A DNA stretch of 64,000 nt. Source: Promethearchaeati archaeon SRVP18_Atabeyarchaeia-1. GTDB lineage: Archaea; Asgardarchaeota; Atabeyarchaeia; Atabeyarchaeales; Atabeyarchaeaceae. The notes under the pieces are model-generated. The model was not told the origin of the DNA. It did not search any database and was given only the letters and a program-made list of their open reading frames with translations. This document shows, piece by piece, positions 36,082 through 46,174 of this stretch (its first letter is position 1; each line of letters opens with the position of its first letter). The translations under genes were made by a program, and so were the position numbers. The stretch is taken from the NCBI GenBank assembly GCA_037308085.1, contig CP147779.1:2336001-2400000 (forward strand), in the 5' to 3' direction.

Positions 36082-36936
36082 GTGACGGTCTTCGCTGTCA
36101 AGTCAGATGGAGCGAGACAGGAATTCAGTGAGGAGAAGATCATTAGAACGTGCTTGATCCTAGGGGCTACCCAGAAGTCTGCCGAGTACGTGGCTAACAG
36201 AATCCGCGAGCAGGCCTACGATGGCATACGCACCGATGAGATCCTTCAGATGATCTTCAGAGAACTCGAGAAGACGGTACCCGCCGTCGGATACCACATT
36301 GATCTCCGCACCGCCTTGAGTATGATGACTCCTAAACCTGACTTCGAGTGGTTTGCCCAGGCACTGCTGAGAGAATATGGCTATGACGTTGATCCCAGCC
36401 AAATAGTCATGGGAAAATGCGTTGAACACGAGGTCGATGCCATCGCAAGGAAAGAGGGGAGAACCTACATCGTAGAAGCAAAGCATCACTTCGACCACCA
36501 TGCGCTAACTGGTCTAGATGTGCCTCGCATCGCAAGAGCAACCGTGGAGGACCTGACAGACGCCTTCAAAGAGGGGAAAACCCGACTCCAAGTTGAGAAT
36601 GCTATCGTAATCTGCAACACGAAATACTCAGAACATGCTATGCGTTATGCAGAGTGTAGAGGAATCGAACTGATCGGGTGGGGCTATCCCCAAGGACGCG
36701 GAATCGGCAGAATGATAGGTGAAAAGATGCTCTACCCAACAACTTACCTGAAGAACTTGAGCGCCGCGCAAAGAGTCAGGTTCAGCAACAATGGGATAGT
36801 CCTCGTGAAGGATATTGCAGGATCCAACCCAAGAGACCTCCTGCGGAAGACCGGACTGCCAGCAAACCTTATTGATAACATCGTCAGGGAAGCAAGGGAA
36901 GTATTACAGGGCACACCCAGCCCCGAGAAGATCTGA
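36082..36936 (+). CDS. ATP-cone domain fused to Mrr-like PD-(D/E)xK endonuclease
   Basis: VKSDGARQEFSEEKI (ATP cone), FEWF, HEVDAIA...IVEAKHH, NTKYS..A..YA. Confidence 0.8.
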   Translation: MTVFAVKSDGARQEFSEEKIIRTCLILGATQKSAEYVANRIREQAYDGIRTDEILQMIFRELEKTVPAVGYHIDLRTALSMMTPKPDFEWFAQALLREYGYDVDPSQIVMGKCVEHEVDAIARKEGRTYIVEAKHHFDHHALTGLDVPRIARATVEDLTDAFKEGKTRLQVENAIVICNTKYSEHAMRYAECRGIELIGWGYPQGRGIGRMIGEKMLYPTTYLKNLSAAQRVRFSNNGIVLVKDIAGSNPRDLLRKTGLPANLIDNIVREAREVLQGTPSPEKI

Positions 36937-37057
36937 GTCCTCCGGTCGCTAGCCCGAGAAACGCATGCGCAAGGGTTTTTAGTTCTCATATCCCCATCCA
37001 CTGAGTGTCGATGGGGTTTCTCGAGGCAGATTAGCTCCCAGCAGCTTGGTGTCCCAG

Positions 37058-37507
37058 ATGGGTGACATATCCACGATCTCTACTGCAGTCGCGGCAGTGA
37101 GCGTCGTCATCGGCGTTGTCTTCACTGTCTTGGAGATTCACCACTTGTCCAGAACTAGAAGAACAGAGATTATTATGAAAGTCTATGAAAGATTTGGTAG
37201 CAGAGAGATGGTGGAAGCCATGTCCAAAGTCGGCCGTGCCAAGTTTGAGAACTTTGATGACTATGTCAAGAAGTATGGTTTGACGGATGTCGTGTAGATC
37301 GCCGTCGTTCTGGAGGAAGTTGGTGTCCTTCTTGAGCAGAATCTAATCGACATTAATCTAGTTGGCAGCCTCTTCGGTCCTTCCTTGAGCCCGCTGTGGG
37401 AAATAATGCGCCCAGTGATTTATTGCATAAGAGAATCCCTCAAGCAGCCATTTTTCTTCTCGCATTATGAATATCTCTACAAACGAGTCAGCACGCTGTG
37501 GAGCTAA
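37058..37507 (+). pseudogene. DUF4760-like membrane-anchored protein gene interrupted by one in-frame TAG
   Basis: TAG at 37295-37297; the same frame continues 69 codons (IAVVLEEVGVLLEQNLIDINLV...W...P......R.......HYEYLY) to TAA 37505-37507. Confidence 0.7.
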
Positions 37508-37719
37508 GCGCATGCGAGTAAAGAGTTACGTTCAGCAACTTTGCAAAGTTACAAAACCTTCAAAATCCTTTTTTGGTCCTATGGGCGTGCTACTAGTGCA
37601 CAGTTGCCACCGCGTTTGCTTTCTCCGTGTCTGAAAAAATGGTTCCCAGCGTTCAATACCAGAGATGCATAAGCTCATCGAAATGCCAGTCTGGATCTGA
37701 CGAAAAATCTTCTTTGTCC

Positions 37720-38055
37720 TTAACTCTCAACAAGACCTTTCAGTTTGCGTTTCAGTTGTGGGATGTCTCTCTCAACCGTATCCCATACAGCGTCTAGATC
37801 CACACCAAAATAGCCGTGTATCAGCTTGTCTCTGAGACCCGCCATATCTTTCCAAGGTATCTCCGGGCGTTTATCTCTAAGCTCTTTCGATAGTCGCTTT
37901 GTCGCCTCACCAATTATCTCAATTTGCCTCATTACCGCGTCCTGTACCATGTGACCTCCAATGAAGTCTTGGCGTTTCACAGCTCGAGTGTATTCTTCTA
38001 TTCTTGATATTGCGTCCATTATATGATGCAAGTAGACTGAGTCGTCTTTCTTCAC
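37720..38055 (-). CDS. HepT-like (DUF86) HEPN RNase toxin
   Basis: EIIGEA, IPWKDMAGLRDKLIHGYFGVD with intact Rx4H. Confidence 0.92.
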   Translation of the reverse strand: MKKDDSVYLHHIMDAISRIEEYTRAVKRQDFIGGHMVQDAVMRQIEIIGEATKRLSKELRDKRPEIPWKDMAGLRDKLIHGYFGVDLDAVWDTVERDIPQLKRKLKGLVES

Positions 38056-38336
38056 CCGTAAATTACCTCCATTTCCCTCTTCACCGCATCGATCAAGTAA
38101 GGGCTTATGGATTTCTCTGTTAGCAAGTCTACCTTTGTACCCAGGGCTTCAGACAATTCCCTCTCTATTCTAACCAATTCAAGAAGGCTTTTCGTCTCCG
38201 AAAACTCGACGATGACATCTATGTCGCTTTCCGGTTTTTCTTCACCACGGACATAAGAACCAAAGATGGCTATTCTCTTTGCCCCTTGACGCTCTAAGAA
38301 CCGAGTTATTCTATGAAAGAGCTCTTTTCTATTCAT
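38052..38336 (-). CDS. MNT minimal nucleotidyltransferase antitoxin
   Basis: FGSYVRGE, SDIDVIV, KVDL; overlaps the toxin start. Confidence 0.92.
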   Translation of the reverse strand: MNRKELFHRITRFLERQGAKRIAIFGSYVRGEEKPESDIDVIVEFSETKSLLELVRIERELSEALGTKVDLLTEKSISPYLIDAVKREMEVIYG

Positions 38337-38737
38337 TGTCCTCTCCTTCTTAGGTGAATATCCACATTACAGCTGACAGTTCTTACGCACCCTTTCCGGT
38401 TCTCGGCGACTGGGTGACTTAGTACAATGACATGTGGCTTCTCGGTATTTCTCTAGCGTCGAATTGAGCATTGCGGTTCACTTCATCTTAAACTTAACCG
38501 CAATCCGTTATGCAGGAGATCCAAGAAACCTATGTATGCTTCTAGCAAACTCCGTATTTTACTCTTTCCAGCGCGCACTAGATGCTCTTTCATTGTAGCT
38601 GATTCTTTTGTCGATATTCGTATCCAGAGTCTTCAATATGCAAGTCGGTTCTAGTTCGCTAGAGTAAAAAGTTATATCCAAGTAGACTGATTGTTTATCT
38701 CCATGTTTTGAGCTGAGCCAGTTCCTTCACTAGAGCA

Positions 38738-39421
38738 GTGGAGTTGTATAGATTGGGTGAACACTTACTTGGTTGGTTCACAAAACGACGTGAGAGCCAG
38801 ATCCTCAGAATGATAAAGGAGAACGCTGAGAGGGCCCAGATGGTAGCTTCCGAATTCTTTGAAGCCACCAAGAGCTCCTCCAAGGAGCAGGTTGCCCGCC
38901 ACGCCGATGTGCTACACAAGTATGATGATGAAGCCGACAGGGCGAGGAAGAAGATCGAAGGAGAACTCACGAGGGGAGACGTATCTCCGAAGATCAGGGA
39001 AGACCTGCTTCATCTAACCAGGAGACTGGACGCCACGATGTTTCACTGCAAGGATGCCTCCAAAGACCTCGAGATCCTAACTAAGGCACCGGTGAAGGTT
39101 CCAGAGGCACTCTGGTCAAACTACAAGAAACTTGCCGCCAAACTCTATGAATGCGTGTGTGCTATGAGGAACATGCTTCTCTCCCTAATCCAAGCCAGAA
39201 CCGAGGAAACAGAGATGGGCATTGTGCAGGTCGAGAAGTTCGAACATGAAGTTGATGAATTGTATACGGATACTAAGCTTGCTTTCAGCAACTTTGACGA
39301 GGTTATTCCTACTTCCACTTTCCTCACGCTATACGATCTGCTGAAGGAGATAGAGGAAGCCGCAGATAGCTGTGAGTACACGTCCGACCAAGTCAGAATG
39401 GTTCTAATGAGAGCTATATAG
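38738..39421 (+). CDS. DUF47 (PhoU-like) phosphate transport regulator family protein
   Basis: EAD..RK.IE..L, REDL..L...LD, EHEVD, EEAADSCE; start uncertain. Confidence 0.8.
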   Translation: MELYRLGEHLLGWFTKRRESQILRMIKENAERAQMVASEFFEATKSSSKEQVARHADVLHKYDDEADRARKKIEGELTRGDVSPKIREDLLHLTRRLDATMFHCKDASKDLEILTKAPVKVPEALWSNYKKLAAKLYECVCAMRNMLLSLIQARTEETEMGIVQVEKFEHEVDELYTDTKLAFSNFDEVIPTSTFLTLYDLLKEIEEAADSCEYTSDQVRMVLMRAI

Positions 39422-39724
39422 AGCAGTCGGTTCTGACTTTGCCGCTCGTTTTCGGGACGATGCGGGGAGCCGTATGCCAGCAACCCCAGGTGAAGAGGTC
39501 TGGCGCCAGCACGAAGCCGTAGATCCGCTATTCTCTGGCAGGCTTGCTCAAAGCGCTTCAGAGTGTCTCATCACCACGTCCACAATTCTGCGTGACTCTC
39601 AATTTGAATCGCAATTTTGACTAATGTTGGTGTTATTTTGAGCAGAGACGACATGAGGTTTAAATATAGGTTTTCCAGAGTTTCATTTGACCTTGAGATT
39701 TTCTGGTCGAGGGGGACTACGACC

Positions 39725-40393
39725 ATGACCCAAAAGGAAGACGCAAATACCGGCGAAAGTGAGCTTAACATCCACAATATCTACATCATAGTAGATGGGG
39801 TCGTTGTCTTCCACAGGATGTATGGTAGCATTGAGAAGGACTCTGCGCTTGTCAGCAGCTTCTTGGGCGCGATGGTTTCCTTGTCAAGGGAGATCTCTGG
39901 TCAAGGCGTCCTTAAGACTATCGAGATTCCCCCAATGAGGATTGACGCGTTGCAGGTAATGGATTCGCCCCAGGTGCTTGTCGCGGCGGCGACCAGCCAG
40001 GGTTTCCCGGAGTTTGCCGTCAACAAGATCCTCAACAACGTAGCCGAGGTATTCCTGAACAGGTATGCAGACAAGATAGTGACAGTGGGCATGAGAGACC
40101 TTACTGACGCGATGAAGGGTGATGTCCACAAGGCAATAATCGCAGGCGTAAAGGAAGCCGCTCTCCCATACGATCCTACAAACCCAAACCATAGGCGAAG
40201 AGCTTTGCCCCAAGGTCACACATCGATGAAATACTCGTGCCCTCATTACGACTTGAAACTCAACAGTAAATGCAAACTTGACCCAAACACATTCCGCGTG
40301 GCGGACTGCCAAGGTCTTGCCTTCTCAAAGGGAATGCCATGCCCCTTTGCAACCCGAGAAGATGATGGAAAGGAAGGGCAACAAGGGTCGTGA
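39725..40393 (+). CDS. Longin-like domain protein with Cys-rich C-terminus
   Basis: IHNIYII..GVVVF...Y......LVSSFLGAM..LS.EI...L..I...L..VAE.F..RY is the typical Asgard longin pattern; tail CPHY..C..C..CPF. Confidence 0.7.
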   Translation: MTQKEDANTGESELNIHNIYIIVDGVVVFHRMYGSIEKDSALVSSFLGAMVSLSREISGQGVLKTIEIPPMRIDALQVMDSPQVLVAAATSQGFPEFAVNKILNNVAEVFLNRYADKIVTVGMRDLTDAMKGDVHKAIIAGVKEAALPYDPTNPNHRRRALPQGHTSMKYSCPHYDLKLNSKCKLDPNTFRVADCQGLAFSKGMPCPFATREDDGKEGQQGS

Positions 40394-40564
40394 GAGCACG
40401 GTAGCCTGAGAGAATCAATTGGCTGACTTCTCTGGACTCGCGCAAGTTGTGGATCAAAACTACCTAGCTTGATTCATAGATCTTCGTCTTGCCTGCAGGC
40501 GGCATGTTTGGAACAACCTTTTGAGAGTGGAGCGAATCAAATCTGGTTCGCAGATTTGACTCCC

Positions 40565-41641
40565 TCAAGGAGACTTCTCCAGATTCTGCGCGTGCGATTT
40601 GTATTCCTTCATGACTTCGCTCAGCTTGGGGGAATCGAATATCCTCGAGCCGACGAATTCATTTGCTGTTGATGCATACATATCCTCAATAATCTTCTTC
40701 AGAGCCGGATCGAGTCTCTGGGGGGTAGACTTGCAGAGCGTCTTCCAATCTTCAACCCCCTTCTCTTTTGCTTCTTTCTTTGCGTCTTCAACGCCCTTGT
40801 ACCAATCCGTTTTCCTGTAGAACTGCCTTGCAACTTCTTTGCTGACATGCATTCCCTGGTAGGTGAATCTGCACTCGTCCAAGGTGCCGATGACATCTAC
40901 CACCATTGGCTCCCTTGACGGGTCGAAGGCTAGTTCTATTTTTCCGTCCTCGTTCTTGAGTTTAATCTTCGAGGATATCTTCGTGATCAATCTGTCCACT
41001 TTGAGAAGTATTTCCTTGATCTGATCGGCTTCTTCGTCTGCTAGGCTGGCGATCTCCTTCGCCTCGAGCCACGTGATGTATCGGTCTCCTTTCTCAAGTT
41101 TTGTGCTTAGGTCGAACACTGGCTTCTCAAGCTGCTCACCAGGCGTCGGGTAGTGATCTAGCCCAAGATCTCTTGGCTCAATTAGTCCTTGTTCCAAACG
41201 TTTGAACACTGAAGAGCCCTCAGGCAGCCCATTCCGGTAAATGATCTCGAGCGGTATCAAAAAGTTGCCGAGTTCTGGGGTGAAGACAGAGTAGTCGTAT
41301 CTCAGCCCACCGTAGTCGGTCGTATAGGGTTGCGGCCTGATCACATTAACCAAATCGACTTCCATAACATCCGTTGGTCCGTCCAGATCCTTTGTCCGAA
41401 CCCCACATTCTCCATCTGTGGCAACCAGGCCTCTGTAGTGAGTCTTGGTCTTGGTTTCCTTTTCAAGTTGCTCGAAGCAGTATGCACCCATCAGGCATAG
41501 TGCGGCGCCTTTGTCTTGGATCAGGTCAGGCATCTCTCCCCAGTCGAATACTGAGTAGCGATCTGAGAAGTGGAATCTCCCTATCCCCGTCTTATCTCTT
41601 GTGGGTGCATTCAGGACCTCGAGGTCTTTGACGCTCCCCAT
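40565..41641 (-). CDS. purC: SAICAR synthetase, archaeal long type
   Basis: MGSVKD, FSDRYSVFDWG, IPLEIIYRN, STKLE, DGKIE, GTLDECRF, SKEVAR. Confidence 0.93.
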   Translation of the reverse strand: MGSVKDLEVLNAPTRDKTGIGRFHFSDRYSVFDWGEMPDLIQDKGAALCLMGAYCFEQLEKETKTKTHYRGLVATDGECGVRTKDLDGPTDVMEVDLVNVIRPQPYTTDYGGLRYDYSVFTPELGNFLIPLEIIYRNGLPEGSSVFKRLEQGLIEPRDLGLDHYPTPGEQLEKPVFDLSTKLEKGDRYITWLEAKEIASLADEEADQIKEILLKVDRLITKISSKIKLKNEDGKIELAFDPSREPMVVDVIGTLDECRFTYQGMHVSKEVARQFYRKTDWYKGVEDAKKEAKEKGVEDWKTLCKSTPQRLDPALKKIIEDMYASTANEFVGSRIFDSPKLSEVMKEYKSHAQNLEKSP

Positions 41642-41980
41642 ATTTGGATCCCATCTGGTCTATCTTCACATCCTGTAATGTTTTGGCAGAAACCGTACTT
41701 AAGGGTTTGGAGTTTGGCCGATCCGATCACGTAGGCTTCATTTTCGCCAATTGCCTCCAAGCCTCTGATCAATTCCCTGAGCGCATATACCCTAAGCCCC
41801 TAGCTTGCGAGACTCCGCAACCATATCGGATATAAACATGGATTATGAGATACTACTGGGATGACCTACCTGCATTTGTCTCAAAGCAAGTACCATGAGC
41901 CGAATAGGGGTCCCCGATTCGATTAGAATCCGAAGGCATCATTATAAGCATCTGGAATTCTTCTTAGTTATTGATCGAAA

Positions 41981-42454
41981 ATGAGTGCTCAATCTGAAGT
42001 TGTGCGGATGACGGACAAGACGAAGAGACCCACAGAACGAGAAATGGTGGACTTTATTGGTGACCTGGAGAGGACAAGAGCTTGGTCAGATACCAGGGAG
42101 TTCATCGAAACACGCTACGACGTCAAACCCGAACTAAACTTCGGCGGAGCAAAGTACGGCTGGGAGATCCGCTACCGCAAAGGTGGTAAGACACTCTGCT
42201 CGATGACACCTTGGAAAGGCGGGTTTACGCTCCTATTGATTCTCGGCAACGAAGATTCCAAGAGAGCCCTGCAAATGAGAGGCGAGCTAAGCAATAAAAC
42301 ATTAAAGCTGATCAGCAGCACGAAACAGCTTCACGACGGGCGCTGGCTATGGATAAGACCATCCGAAGCCAACGACAAAGAGGACATAAAGAAACTACTC
42401 CAACTGAAGAGGAAACCAAGGAAAGTCGATATTCCCCAAAAGAGAAGAGTATAA
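41981..42454 (+). CDS. DUF3788-like protein
   Basis: GW..RYRKGGKTLC, HDGRWLWI, DIKKLL.LK.KP. Confidence 0.75.
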   Translation: MSAQSEVVRMTDKTKRPTEREMVDFIGDLERTRAWSDTREFIETRYDVKPELNFGGAKYGWEIRYRKGGKTLCSMTPWKGGFTLLLILGNEDSKRALQMRGELSNKTLKLISSTKQLHDGRWLWIRPSEANDKEDIKKLLQLKRKPRKVDIPQKRRV

Positions 42455-42567
42455 TCCAAAACGAATTCGTGTAATACCTTATATCCAAACCTCATACAAC
42501 ATGGACTGCAAAAGGTCAGATGCCGATTCACAGTCCAAGAATGCCACTTCCCATAGTGTGATGAGCC

Positions 42568-43281
42568 ATGTCGAACAGCAGGAATAATGGAAGCTCTGGA
42601 GTCCTATACAGGTTTCACCACTTTGGGATCGATGTTTTACTCCTCGTCGTTCTCATAGTTGTCATAGGTTTCTTTTTTGTCGGTATCATTGGTGGCGCTT
42701 TCACCGCGATTGGATTCAGCCCCTACACGGCAATGTTCATACTTGTGGGTTCACTGCTCGGATCATGGATCAACATTCCGATAGCCAAGATCGCCACCAA
42801 GAAACAAGTCAGTGAGCCGCAGTACGTTGAGTTCTTCGGCATAGTTTTCAGGGTTCCCGGGATTGCCCAAGTGAGGAGCCCAACTATCATAGCGATCAAT
42901 CTCGGCGGCGCAGTTATACCTATTGTCATCTCCGCCTATCTCTTCCTGAAGGTTCCTCAAATACTTCCCATGGCAGCGATCTCGATTGCCATAGTCTCAA
43001 TCGTAATGTTTTTTGTTGCGCGCCCGATCAAGGGAGTAGGGATTGCGGCGCCTGCCCTTGTGGCTCCCTTGGTGGCGGCCACGAGTGCGCTCCTGTTGGC
43101 GCCGATGATGAATGCTTCTTATGTAGCGTACGTCAGTGGCGTGCTTGGAACACTCATCGGGGCTGACCTTGGGCACCTCAAGGACATCTCCAAGAGTGGG
43201 CCGAAGATAGCTGCAATCGGAGGAGCTGGGACATTTGACGGGATCTTTCTCTCTGGGATCATTGCCGCGATCCTAGCTTGA
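42568..43281 (+). CDS. DUF1614 family membrane protein
   Basis: GSWINIP, AINLGGAVIP, GTLIGADL, IGGAGTFDGIFLSG. Confidence 0.88.
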   Translation: MSNSRNNGSSGVLYRFHHFGIDVLLLVVLIVVIGFFFVGIIGGAFTAIGFSPYTAMFILVGSLLGSWINIPIAKIATKKQVSEPQYVEFFGIVFRVPGIAQVRSPTIIAINLGGAVIPIVISAYLFLKVPQILPMAAISIAIVSIVMFFVARPIKGVGIAAPALVAPLVAATSALLLAPMMNASYVAYVSGVLGTLIGADLGHLKDISKSGPKIAAIGGAGTFDGIFLSGIIAAILA

Positions 43282-43391
43282 CGTCGGAGCAGAGATGAAG
43301 ACTTGGCTGTGGACGCGACCCGCGCAAACCTATTATACGCGCACTACGAATAGACTAAGCATCAGAATATGTGTGAGTGGAGTTCAAGATT

Positions 43392-43541
43392 ATGCCTTTG
43401 GAAACGAATGATATCTTGATTGGCGTTGTGATGATCGTCTTCGGCATACTATTCTTCCTCCTGCCCAACTTGCTGCAGTACTTGATTGGGATAGGGTTCA
43501 TAATCATTGGGTTACTGAAGTTCTTACCAAGTAGCAAGTGA
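43392..43541 (+). CDS. 49-aa two-TM microprotein (DUF3096-like), absent from the ORF track
   Basis: MPLETNDILIGVVMIVFGILFFLLPNLLQYLIGIGFIIIGLLKFLPSSK; GGAG upstream, T-rich tract downstream. Confidence 0.7.
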   Translation: MPLETNDILIGVVMIVFGILFFLLPNLLQYLIGIGFIIIGLLKFLPSSK

Positions 43542-44078
43542 TGGCACGCGTCCCCTTGCGGGATGCCGACGCAGTCTTCCCACTTCTTTTTCATTTTCGC
43601 TTCATTTCTGGATAACAGTATATTAACCACTTGCAGAATAGCACCAGATGCAGCCTAGGGGCCCAATTGGGAGTATTTCCTGCAAGGTTCTAAGATGCCA
43701 AAGGTTCGCTGTATGATCTGGACCATCTACACCGTGGATGAAAGGTTCCGAGTTATATAGCCATGGATAGACGTTCGCAGCTCTGGGGATTAATCAGCCC
43801 TAATCTCCTCGCGAGTTGATTGATGCCCTCGTCAGGCCTCCCATGCCCCGCAGGCGGTGATTCTCTGAGTAGAGTGCGTGCCCATCACCTGGCTGCCATG
43901 ACTCAGAACAAGAACTAAGCAGAAATAGAGCGCAGATTGATGAGGGCACGATCGCAATATCCTACCTTCTTTGAAGATTTCTTGCGTTTTTTCCGTTTTT
44001 GCGTCCGGAGGATTTATGAATCATGGGAGCACTATTCTTGCGGGGTCCAATCGTGTCTGTGGAGGCGAAATCGACTAA

Positions 44079-45074
44079 TTGAATAACGGGAAACCCAAGA
44101 TACGGCTGCTATCAATTCTCTTGATCCTTCTGATCGCGTATGGGGCTACAGGCAGCTTCCAGACAGTCGCGGCTTGGTCCGATGGTGGCCAAAGCATCGA
44201 CTCGAACCACATTCAATATGGGACACACGACTGGATCGCAGAACATGCATTACACTTGCTGCCATCAAATGAATCTGGATGGTTGACGAGTAACAGGAAC
44301 ATTTTTCTCTTAGGAACAGAGGCACCGGAATACGGCAACGTGTCATTCAAGGGAAGAAACGGCTACGGGGACATAGAAAACCATCACAACTACTATTCAG
44401 GCCGGTTTCCCAGAGATTGCTTCGATGATTCAGCAGCTGTCCGTGCAGAGCAGGAATTTCAGAAAGCCCTTCTGTGTCTAAGGAACAGCTCATATGACTT
44501 GGCAGCATGGTATGCTGGTGCAATGACCCACTACATATCGGACGTGGGGTCTTGGCCACATGTAATCAGCAACGCGACGCCAAGCCACGCGAGCAAGTAC
44601 GAGGAACAGCTGAACTTGATTACTGATGACTACAGCAAGAACCCGGAATTTCTACTTTCCTGGGCATGGATGCTAAATTCATTTAACACTACTCTTTCGG
44701 TTTCGGTTGAGACAGCATATTCCGTCTCTCTAATGCAAGGGTTAGAAGTCTACTGCGATGGCGGCGGATATCACCCGTGTGGTCCACATCCGGCCGCAAC
44801 GATGGACGCTCAGTTCCAGGACAGTTGGTCAAGCGTAGATGATTGGCCTCTAATCTATCAGGCAAGGGTTGGATACTCAATGACAGATACAATTATGAGT
44901 GTGGCATACGCGCTTCACTCCTTGACGGTTGAAGCAGAGCTCACGGGAGCTTCAGGCGGGTCTACGCCTTCTCAGCTTCCCACTCTGACCTTTGCGATCG
45001 TCTTCATAGCCGTGTTTGGGGTTATGGCGGTAGTGGCAGCTTTTGCTTACAGCGAGCGTAGAAGGCCTAGGTGA
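44079..45074 (+). CDS. Membrane-anchored Zn-dependent phospholipase C / S1-P1 nuclease fold protein
   Basis: Signal peptide, then AWSDGG, GTHDWIA, HHNYY, GAMTHYISD, H...YE; C-terminal TM plus RRR. Confidence 0.75.
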   Translation: MNNGKPKIRLLSILLILLIAYGATGSFQTVAAWSDGGQSIDSNHIQYGTHDWIAEHALHLLPSNESGWLTSNRNIFLLGTEAPEYGNVSFKGRNGYGDIENHHNYYSGRFPRDCFDDSAAVRAEQEFQKALLCLRNSSYDLAAWYAGAMTHYISDVGSWPHVISNATPSHASKYEEQLNLITDDYSKNPEFLLSWAWMLNSFNTTLSVSVETAYSVSLMQGLEVYCDGGGYHPCGPHPAATMDAQFQDSWSSVDDWPLIYQARVGYSMTDTIMSVAYALHSLTVEAELTGASGGSTPSQLPTLTFAIVFIAVFGVMAVVAAFAYSERRRPR

Positions 45075-45139
45075 CGGAACGGCCGCAGTTGCTCCTGCGA
45101 CAGCCACCACCGCTGTTTGGTGGATACCCAGACAGCAGA

Positions 45140-46174
45140 CTAGAACGGGGTAATGGCCACTTTGTTGGCCTCACCGGTCTCCATGAGCTTGAGAGCGTCA
45201 ACGACGTTCTTCAGAGGCATCTGATGAGTTATTATGGCGTTTGTGTTTATCGCTCCGCAGGCGAGAAGCTTGAAGGCCTTCTCAACGTATAATGGTGTGT
45301 GGTGGAAGACGCCCTTGATCGTTAGTTCTTCGTAGTGGAATCTTCTCGTGTCTATGCTGAAGGTTGTCCCGGCTGGTGCGCCTCCGAAGAGTACGCAGGT
45401 TCCTGCTTTCCGCGTCATCTCAATTGCAGCTTCCCAGGTTTTCGGCTGTCCTACCGCTTCTATTACGACGTCGGCGCCTCTACCCTCTGTGAGCTCCTTG
45501 ACTTTGGCAATCTGATCCTCTTTCTCTGCATTGATAATGAAGTCTGCTCCCAGCACTTTTGCTGATTCAAGGCGCTTCGCAGAGAGATCCGATACGATAG
45601 CCCTGCACGTGCCGCTTCGCTTCACAAGCTGAAGCATTAGCAGACCAATTGGTCCCGAGCCTATTATCGTCACAGTGTCGCCCAGGTTTATACCAGCAAC
45701 TGACGCTCCATGCACAACACACGCTAGGGGTTCAAGTAAAGCCGCATCTCTGTAAGAGAGGCTGGCAGGGATCTCGTATGTGTTCTGCCGGACGATGTGT
45801 TCTGGTACCCGGATGTACTCGGCATATGCGCCACTGATTATGTTCTCATTTAGGTGTTCACAGATGTTCTGTCGACCTCTCTTGCAGTAGAAGCATGTGT
45901 TGCACGGGGCGGAGTTGGCTGCGACTACGCGCATCCCCTTCCTGAAAACCTTCACGTTGGAGCCAACTTTCTCAACTGTTCCGGCGAACTCATGGCCCAA
46001 GACCATTGGAAGTTTCTGAACTACGACGGGATGACCTCTCTTGAAAGTCTTAAGGTCTGTGCCACAGGTAAGCGCTACCTGAACCTTCACAAGAATATCT
46101 CCGTTGCCTATCTCAGGTATCTCTGTTTCCTCATACTTCATGATGTTTGGGCCGTAGTACATTGCTGCCTTCAT
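45140..46174 (-). CDS. Zn-dependent (MDR) alcohol/sorbitol/threonine dehydrogenase-like protein
   Basis: CGTD, GHEFAG, CNTCFYC..C, EPLAC, GSGPIG; start moved to ATG 46174. Confidence 0.93.
   Translation of the reverse strand: MKAAMYYGPNIMKYEETEIPEIGNGDILVKVQVALTCGTDLKTFKRGHPVVVQKLPMVLGHEFAGTVEKVGSNVKVFRKGMRVVAANSAPCNTCFYCKRGRQNICEHLNENIISGAYAEYIRVPEHIVRQNTYEIPASLSYRDAALLEPLACVVHGASVAGINLGDTVTIIGSGPIGLLMLQLVKRSGTCRAIVSDLSAKRLESAKVLGADFIINAEKEDQIAKVKELTEGRGADVVIEAVGQPKTWEAAIEMTRKAGTCVLFGGAPAGTTFSIDTRRFHYEELTIKGVFHHTPLYVEKAFKLLACGAINTNAIITHQMPLKNVVDALKLMETGEANKVAITPF

Noticed and set aside
37537-37550. Perfect palindrome AACTTTGCAAAGTT
   Set aside because: Isolated, with no partner end or second copy; could be an operator but is unsupported
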